From the NCBI RefSeq assembly GCF_009914755.1, contig NC_060925.1: a stretch of DNA of 64,000 nucleotides; one strand, 5' to 3'. The translations under genes were made by a program, and so were the position numbers. The notes below the pieces were generated by a model that searched no databases, was not told the DNA's origin, and was given only the letters and a program-made list of their open reading frames with translations. This document shows positions 55,814 to 64,000 of the stretch, one piece after another. Position 1 is the stretch's first letter, and each line of letters begins with the position of its first letter. Source of the stretch: the human T2T-CHM13v2.0 reference genome, Homo sapiens.

Positions 55814-56625
55814 TTATATGAGTACACATGTCATGTTTAATTGTGTTTTTCTACTTACATTTCCTATTGTAACCTTCAGTGCTCATCTGGGTTGTTTTCT
55901 GTTTGTTTGTTTGCTTGCTTGTTTTTATTCTCTAAGAAACAGTATAATGGCTAAGACCCTATTTGTTGACTAATCCTATTTCTGGAAGGTTAGCAGACCT
56001 ATGTGAGATATTGAGACCCTTCCCTCTTTTACGCACCTAAAGTGAAGTGTGTCTGCCCACTGCCTCTTCCTTAATAGGGTGATGCCTTAATGCAAGGGTT
56101 GCAAACTAAAGTGCCTGCCACAGCCAGGTAGATAATACACTGGAGTGATGTGAGTGTACACAGCAAATGAGCTTGGCCAAAGGGAGCAGCTGTTGTGAAG
56201 CTCCAGCAGATTCTTGTGAAGTGGCAACATGGGCGTACTTGCCAGATATTCTTACTTTTGTGTGTGAAATTTTTTGGTGAAGTTTCCCCACTTTTAACTT
56301 CACAAAATATCAATTTTATTTAAACACTGCAGATTAAACAAAATATGTTGGTGGGTTCTTATCAACCCACAGTCCACCAGTCTTTGATATCAATCTAAAT
56401 CTTTATATATGTATGCATGTCATGTTTCATTGTGTTTTTCTATTACATTTCCTACTGTAACCGTCAATGCTCTTCTGGGTTGTGTTTTGTTTTCTTACTT
56501 GTTTGTTTTTATTCTCTAAGAAAAAATACAATTGCTAAGGCCCTATTTGTTGGCTAATCCCACTTCTGGAAGGTGAGCAGACCTATGTGAGGTATTGAGA
56601 CCCTTCCCCCTTTTAGGCACCTAAA
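55814..56625. repeat. Dispersed direct duplication of ~225 bp (55814-56041 and 56403-56625)
   Basis: Colinear copies, roughly 85% identical by eye (catgtcatgttt.attgtgtttttcta..ttctggaagg..agcagacctatgtgag.tattgagacccttccc..gcacctaaa). Confidence 0.9.
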
Positions 56626-57149
56626 ACAGCAGACCATATGGAAAATGGCATATTCCCCTGGCAGATTCAGGGCCACAGTGTTTGAGAGACTATCGGAGAT
56701 GGAGGAGAAGAGTGGAGTGACCCTGGTGCAACTGGCCACATTTTGGTGGTGACTCCTCTAATAAGTGCCAGGTTACTTAAAGTAGATCTCATATTTAATA
56801 ATAAATGAAATATCAAAATCATTCATGAGGGTACTAGATAGCATGCGGAAAAAACAGTCATTATTTCCAGTGCTCAAAGTTAAACATTAAAAAAAAAATC
56901 AAATGCAAGAAGGAAGTAGGTGAGGGAGAAAATAGGAGGAAAATGTATGGAATTCAATGGGTTTCATGTGCATTTCCCTTGGATGTTATTGAGCTCTAGG
57001 TCAGGTTTGTAGAAGAGAAGCGATGCTTCCCCATCATGCTCCCCAGTCCTCCACCCTCCACCCTATCCTGTGGGGCAGAGTTGCTATAGATTGATGACAC
57101 TCTAGGACACTGGACCATGTTTGCCAGTAGAATGGTTGCTGCCCACTAA

Positions 57150-57665
57150 AAGGTCATGCATAATGTCCACACAAAGACCTGTACATGAGGTTTATAACAG
57201 CTTTATTCATAACAGTCAGACTAGAAATAACCTGAATATTCATCAATGGGTAAATGTATAAACAAACAGTAGTAATCTTTACAATGGGATACTACTCAGC
57301 AATAAAAAGAACAAGCTACTGACATACACCACAACATGGGTGACTCACAAAACACTCTGCTGAATGAGGGAAGTCAAAACCCAAAGCATTTATGCTATAT
57401 GAATTTATATGAAACTTGAGAAAAGGCAAATTTAATCTATAATGACAAAATAGATCTATGGTTTTTTGAGGCTTGGGATGGAGGGTATGTAACACAAAAG
57501 GGCATGAAGGAATTCAGGCAAAAGATGATGGAAATGATCTATATGTTGATTGTGGTGGTGTTTCCATGTCTGGTTATAGTTTTGAAACTCATCAAACTTA
57601 GGCTTAAAATGGGTGCATATTCTTTCATGTAAATTATACCTCAGTAGAGTTGATATAAACAAAAA
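57150..57665 (+). mobile_element. Old L1M 3' end fragment
   Basis: tgtccacacaaagacctgtaca..cagctttattcataa..atactactcagcaataaaaagaac..atgtaaattatacctca. Confidence 0.8.
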
Positions 57666-58689
57666 GGTCACGTACAAAGATGTATTATCTCCTGTCCCTC
57701 TTTCATGTGTGCTATAGAAGCAGTCTAAAGACCTAACTCTCTTTTCTTCTCCTTTCTTCCTCCATGTGGCCTGAATGGGGAGAAAGCCAGGGCTCTCTTG
57801 CTTAGGATGTGCCCAGCCAAAATTTTGCTCTTATCTTGTCTGATCAAGCATTTTCATCTATTTGGATTTCTGTCTTCATTTATGGCAGATGAGGTGTGGT
57901 GAAATGTTGAAGTTGAGTTTGGGCTTATGGGGAGAAAAGGTGTTCCATCTCTGATCCTCCAGGCTTGCTCAGGTGTCCCAGCCCAGCTTACAAGGGCTGT
58001 GCACTGTGGGTAGGGGACTGACTTCAGCTGAGAATAGGACACTTGCTTTTCTTTTCTTGACCAATTTTCTGTAGTATACAGCTCCCTCAGGGACATATTG
58101 GAGAGGGAGGGCTGAGGTTTACAAAATGATTTGGATATTCCTAAGACCCTTGATTAATTCTGTCTAAACACTGTAATTATTTCTAAGTCTTCCATAGACA
58201 TACTTTTACCAAAGGCCTCATCACCTTTACGGAAACGTCATCCTCTAGTCTCAGTACCACTCTGGCTGGTCGGATACTTACTTTTCAAAATACAGCTTGA
58301 GTCATTGTCCTGAATCCTTCCTACCCTCCAGTCTCAAAGCACATGTATCTCTTGTTCCATGATCCAAAAGAAGGAGAAGGGGCTTAAGTGTGATGCAAGT
58401 CTGGGTTCACATCTTGACCTGCTGCTTACTGAGTGGGTGACTTAGAGCAAGTCACTTATCCTCTCTGAGCCCCAGAATATATATTTTTATATATATGGTA
58501 TAGTATAGTACAGTATATATAGTCACCAAGGCTCAGAAATTGATATATATATATTTAGTATTTTTTAATTTCTAAAATAGTGATGATAATTCCTACTTTT
58601 CAGGATTGTTGTATATATTATATAATATAGTTAGTGTATACAATTTGCACAACAAAGATGCATAATATATTTTAGCTATTATTATTATT

Positions 58690-59480
58690 AGCTGTAGTGG
58701 CAGAGACAGCCCCTGCCTCTCCTTGCATGTAGGTGTGTACATATAACATGGAGACAGTGGAATGTAAGAGCTGTGTGTCACTCCTGGGGTAAAGATTTTA
58801 GAAAAGGACAGGACTTCCCTACTGTCTCTTTCCATTTCTGTTGGCTGGAAGCAGAAAACAAAGAGCCCCTAGGAAATGGTGAAGCCACAAGATCTATGGA
58901 GCCTGGAGTCCTTAAATTACTACCTGGGAGACAGCTACCTGTCACCCAGGAACACCTGCAATGGGCTGTTTTATAAGGAAGAAACAAACTTATTTTGGGT
59001 TAGGTCCCTAAAATTCTGGGTTTTGTTTATTATAGCTGTTAGTGTTAATTGTCCTGGTAAATTTAGAAATTGGCACTTTGAAGTGGAGGTTAATGTAAGA
59101 AAAACCTAAGATATGTTGCATCGACTCAGCAGTTGGATGGTGGGTGGCACAGACACTGATATCAAAGGCTGGGAAGATGGAGACCTGTGGAAGAGATGGC
59201 AGAGCATTTGGTAAATCTGTTGCTGGTGATTATTTAAAAGGCATGCCCAGTGCCTGACAAGTCTTTTTCTCCAGGGGAGAGGCTGGCTATTACTTATTGT
59301 ATTCAGCAAGGTATAACCAGACAGATGTGCTCTGCTAAGAACTCGTTTGCATGAGTGCAGAAATTAAACAGTCTAGACAGAGTCCAGAAATCTGATGTTT
59401 CACAGGATTGGAAAAGCATTATTGTTCTCAACCCATAGAAGGTATCACTGAAAAAGGCTTTGAGCAACATAGGTCCATTT
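58690..59480 (+). mobile_element. Degenerate MLT1 LTR followed by MLT1 internal sequence
   Basis: ggtgaagccacaagat..ggagcctggagtcc..tttgtttattatagc LTR end, then gaaattggcac..gtgg..aaaacctaa..ggctgggaagatggagacc internal-type sequence. Confidence 0.55.
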
Positions 59481-62400
59481 AAAAAATCTCAATTTAATAG
59501 ATACCATGCTAGCATCTACAGACTAGGAAATAAGTAGGGACTGTTCTCTGCCTTCAAGGAGTTTATAACTTAGTAGAAAAGAGAAAAATGTGTACAAATA
59601 ACTGCAGTGGAAGACAGTTAATGATTGAAACATACATTGCTATAAATAATGCAAGAATCACAGCATTCTAGGGTAGCCCAGAATAGGGGCTCTCAAAAGG
59701 ACTGGGGAGCTTGGACCTTGGTTTCTCATCAAACCCTGAAACCCATGAATGAATGAATAAACCTCAATTGTTTCCCAAACTCATTTTCATCTTCCTGAAA
59801 CACTAGAGTTCAAATTTGGTCTCTGGGGTAGTAGCTGATCCTCTGGGCATTGAGGAGCTCCCTCAGGCCAGCCCATGACTTTCCTATCAGTGTTCTTCTC
59901 TGCCTTTACAAGTAGTTCAGACTGAGACTTGTATGGGTTCCCTACTGAGGGCCTCATTTCTGTAACAGAAGAGGGCTCTGACATCCTTATTTTTCTTCAA
60001 CTGCCCTGAGATGATGAGATGCCCCAGACCTGAAAGCACCGTTGTGTTTGCTGAGACTGCTTGTTTTTATTGTCTCTTGTGTTTTAAATAGTCATTCTTT
60101 GGGCAAAGAATGAGAACTTGCAGCTCCTTATTGTTTCCTGGCATGAACCTAGTACCTTTTTAACTTGCTTTTATTGCCTCTTTGGCTGTGTGGAGCATTT
60201 ATCTAAATATAGACTGGTACAACACTATGAACAGGACTGGAATAAGATAAAATTTTCTTTCCGATCAATTCTGTTACATCTTCTTGTGAACACTAGGTAC
60301 TGTTCTTTTCTCAGAGTGGCAAGAGTAGGCAGCAAAAAGAGATGATATTGAGTTGCAAAGCTTTTCTAAGTGGAAGTCAATCACTGCCAGGCCTTTTAAA
60401 GTCACGAGGCCCAGGTACTGAGTGCTCTGGACACTGGATCTGCCTATGGCCTTAGGCAAACCACATAATCATGGTCAGCAACATACACTGCCCCTTGGAG
60501 GCAGGGTGGTGGAGTGGAAGGGGCACAGGCTTTGACAGAACCCAATTGGATCTAATGCCCTGCCACTTATTTTGGGGTGACCTTGGGTAAGTTCCTTATT
60601 CTCATTTCTAAAAGGGGGCAATACTAATAAAATCTATCTCTTAGGGCTCTTGTGAGGATTAAATGTGATGAATATATGTAACTTACTCAGCACATTTTCA
60701 AGAAATAGCAGCTATTATTTTTTTGTAGGTAGGTACTTTGTGGCATTAATATATCAAATGCAACCATATCTTTAATTTTATTTCCAGGAGGAATAATCCA
60801 TATATATTTATTAAAGATATTAACAAAAAGCAGCTCTCACCTTCTTGTGAATCAGATCCAAATCCCTTAACGTCTTCATTGATTCAGGTGAGAGGATTTC
60901 ATTACTGCAGGAGTGCACTATAGTAATTAGAGCAGAGTCTCTGGTCTCAGGGTTCAAAACTTGGTATGTGATATTGAGCCAATTGCTTAAGTTCACTGGG
61001 CCACAATCCTTGATCTGCGACTTCAAATTGAAACTATTTATAGGCTTTACTTGCTTAATATAAATCTTTCTATTTTGGGTGCAGAAATATTGGGTTTGAT
61101 TCTAAGGGACCACCCCAGACCTTGGTGGGTGTTCTGTAATATCTGTCATATGCACCCTGTTGCCTTTATTAATTCTGCATTCTGAGTTGCAAAACTCATC
61201 TGGTTTCCAGAGATTTGGGGATCTATGATATACCCTCATAGGGTCGCTGAGCTATAGTCACTTCATGCCCCCCCTCCGAATCTTATTAGCTATTATTATC
61301 ATCTTGGAATGGTTTTTTGATGTGGCGGTTATTCTCCCATTTTACATATGAGGAAAATAAGACCCAGAAAAGTTAAATCACCACATAGCTCATATGTGAT
61401 ATGGTCAGAATACAAGCAAGGCATTTCTGACATCAGATCCCATGCATTCTGTTGAATTCATTCTGTTGAATTCCCAGGACCCTGTACATGCCCTGGCAGG
61501 GCCAGCCTCAATTAAGATTCCACCTGGAGAGATTAGAGTCTACAGTTAAGAAAACACAATCAACTGGGACTGTCCTCTTCAGGCATCTCACAAGCAGACC
61601 AGTTCTGGTGTGGGCTCCTCACCCTCCTTTAGCGGCTGTGCAGAGGATGGAAGGGTGGGTCCCGGAAGGCTCCCACAGGGTCTGCCAACCACATGGCTTG
61701 AGAAGGGAGCTGGCCTGCACACCGTCCTTTGCTGATTTCTCCTAAGGGATGTGAGCAGAGCATTGACAGGGTCTGTGATACACCCTTTAGCATAATTCTG
61801 TGCCATAGCAGGAACAGTCTATTTTGTGAAAAGCTCAGGATGAAGGCTGTCTCTCTCACTACTGTTTTGATGTTCACTGACAAACCCACCTACCATCAAA
61901 TGATTCCCACCACACTGCCTGCCATGGTGCCTGAAATTTGTGCTATAAGCCATCAGTCTCCAGAGACTACCAATAAAATGTCTGGACAGTAGGGTAGGGG
62001 ATGAGGGAAGGATAAGAGGTGGGTCACCATCACTGAAGAGTCTGGGTGAACTGGGGTACTAGCTCCCAGGCTGGAGGTGGCCTCTGACAGACATGGCCTC
62101 TGAGGAGTGTAGCACCAAACACGGACCCAAAAGCACCCCTCAGAAAAGGAAAGGGATGAAGGGGTCATTTGCCTGTTTTACACATTTATCCAGATCAGGA
62201 CCTGGAAGGGAAGACCTCCTTCACTGTTGCTGAGACTGCGAGCTCTTGGAAGACGGTGACTGTCTTTTTGTCTCTCTCTCTCCCCAGAACTCAGCAGAGT
62301 AACCCATGACTTGTTTGACTGAACAGAGTGCCCATGGGTTCAGTGCTCTGCTCTAGTCTCCACCTGCCAGTTTCCTTCTGACACTGCTATGAGCAACCCC

Positions 62401-62585
62401 CATATTTATGCAGATGAGTGCTCCATAACTCCACTTCTCTTCAATAAGAAGAAAGAGCAACACCGCTAACAACTTATTGTTGGTGGTGAGACTTTGGGCA
62501 AATTAATGAGCTCTCTGTTTATTCATTGATAAAATGTAGAGAATGCCCCTGGCTTCCCACACTTGTGGTGAGGACTCAGTAAGGT

Positions 62586-62791
62586 TCTTGTGGACTGATT
62601 GTGTCCCTCTCTAAATTCCCCAATTCACACACTGAAGCTCTAATCTCCAGTGTGATTGTTTTTGGAGTTAGGCCCTATATGGAGGTAATCAAATTAACAG
62701 AGGTCATGAGAGTGGGGCCTTAATCCAACAGGACTAATATTCTTATAAAATGGGGAAGAAACAGGATACCAGAGATCTCTATCTCTCTCCC

Positions 62792-62835
<44 letters not shown>

Positions 62836-63054
62836 CTCTCTCTCTTTCCCAGTTGTACACAGAAGAAAGCCCATATGAGGACACAGCAAGAAGGTGGCTG
62901 TCTTCAAGCCAAGAAGAGAGGCCTCATCAGAGATGGAATGTTCCTGCACTTCGGTCTGGATTTCTAGTGTCCAGAACTGTGAGAAAATAAATTTCTGTTG
63001 TTTAAGCCACCTGGTCTGTGGTATTTTGTTATGACAGGCCTAGCAAACTAACGT
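62586..63054 (+). mobile_element. MLT1A/MST-type LTR with an internal (CT)n expansion (~62776-62850)
   Basis: tggactgattgtgtccc..gaggtcatgagagtggggcc..gaggacacagcaagaaggtggc..ccagaactgtgagaaaataaatttctgttgtttaagccacc..gcaaactaa. Confidence 0.85.
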
Positions 63055-63760
63055 AAAATGCTTTGGTACAGCAGCAGGCACAAGGTAGAGATTCATTAAT
63101 TGTAATAATACCATATAAATAATTATTGATAATGGCACTATCAATAATTGCCATTGTTATTGCTTCTAATAAAACACCCACCCTTCTGGGGGAGAGAGGA
63201 AGAATTTTGGAAACTCCAGTAACAAACAGTCTGCAAATCCACTTTGAGCTTCTGATGAGAAATTGAGGGCACTCGAAAGAAATAAATCACATTCACTGAA
63301 ATTTTCTGATCCTATTTCTGTACATATGTCATGATAATTTGTGTCAAGTAATATGACAGCATCTTTCCTCTGAGGGACTTAATGTGCTTATGCCAACTAC
63401 TTATCCATCAGGCAAATGTTTACATTCTGAGGATGAACTAAGGGAATGTCTTAGATAGCTGGGAGCCTGAGGCTAGGACTGTGCACTGAGGGGCACTAAT
63501 AAAATCAGATAATCAAATTTCTTCCACCTTCTCTGTGGTTTAGGCTGTGCAGTCTGGAAGCAGGCCAGGTGGTTGGTTTTAGGAATCACAGGGTTGAGCT
63601 TACAGTACAAGACAGATTTTACTTCAAGTCTAAGTTAGCCTTGACTAATGATTGTTCCATCACTTTTAGATGTCCAGCTAACTCACTTACAGGCACATCA
63701 GGAAGAGGGACCTCTCAAGACTGTTTTCTCACCAAAACTCTGAGGTTCTGGTTTCATAAC

Positions 63761-64000
63761 TGTATTAGTCCATTTTCACGCTGCTGATAAAGACATAGCC
63801 AAGACTGGACAATTTACAAAAGAAAGAGGTTTAATTGGACTTACCGTTCCACATGGCTGGGGAAGCCTCACAATCATGGTGGAAGGCAAGGAGGAGCAAG
63901 TCACATCTTATATGGATGGCAGCAGGCAAAAAGTGAGAGAGTTTGTGCAGGAAAACTCCCCCTTATAATAACCATCAGCTCTCGTGAGACTATCATGATA
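63761..64000 (-). mobile_element. THE1-family LTR, running off the window edge
   Basis: tgtattagtccattttcacgctgctgataaagacata..cctcacaatcatggtggaaggcaaggaggagcaagtcacatctta. Confidence 0.9.

Overview
Primate, almost certainly human, genomic DNA; the gene pair matches chr1q25.3 as I recall it. It holds two divergently oriented genes about 14 kb apart. COLGALT2 is on the minus strand: exon 1 (CDS 4526->4264) lies in a CpG island and intron 1 runs off the left edge. TSEN15 is on the plus strand and complete: 5 exons, 171 aa, 18924-40010, poly(A) signals near 41.35 kb. The rest is typical repeat-rich intronic and intergenic DNA: Alu, L1, L2, MIR, MaLR/ERVL LTRs, a solo HERV-H LTR7 with a perfect TSD, and a near full-length Tigger1. 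There are no prokaryotic systems, CRISPR arrays or recognisable RNA genes. The most unusual signals are: (i) several locally templated insertion / template-switch scars, including a 44-bp exact copy from 2 kb away inserted into an L1, and a ~200-bp fold-back insertion copied from 2.5 kb away into an MST LTR; (ii) an unidentified ~1.2-kb coding-like segment between two L1 pieces; (iii) a candidate microsatellite/LTR-derived distal last exon for TSEN15; (iv) a strong CTCF motif just past the TSEN15 3' end. Repeat subfamily names come from remembered consensus sequences and are approximate.
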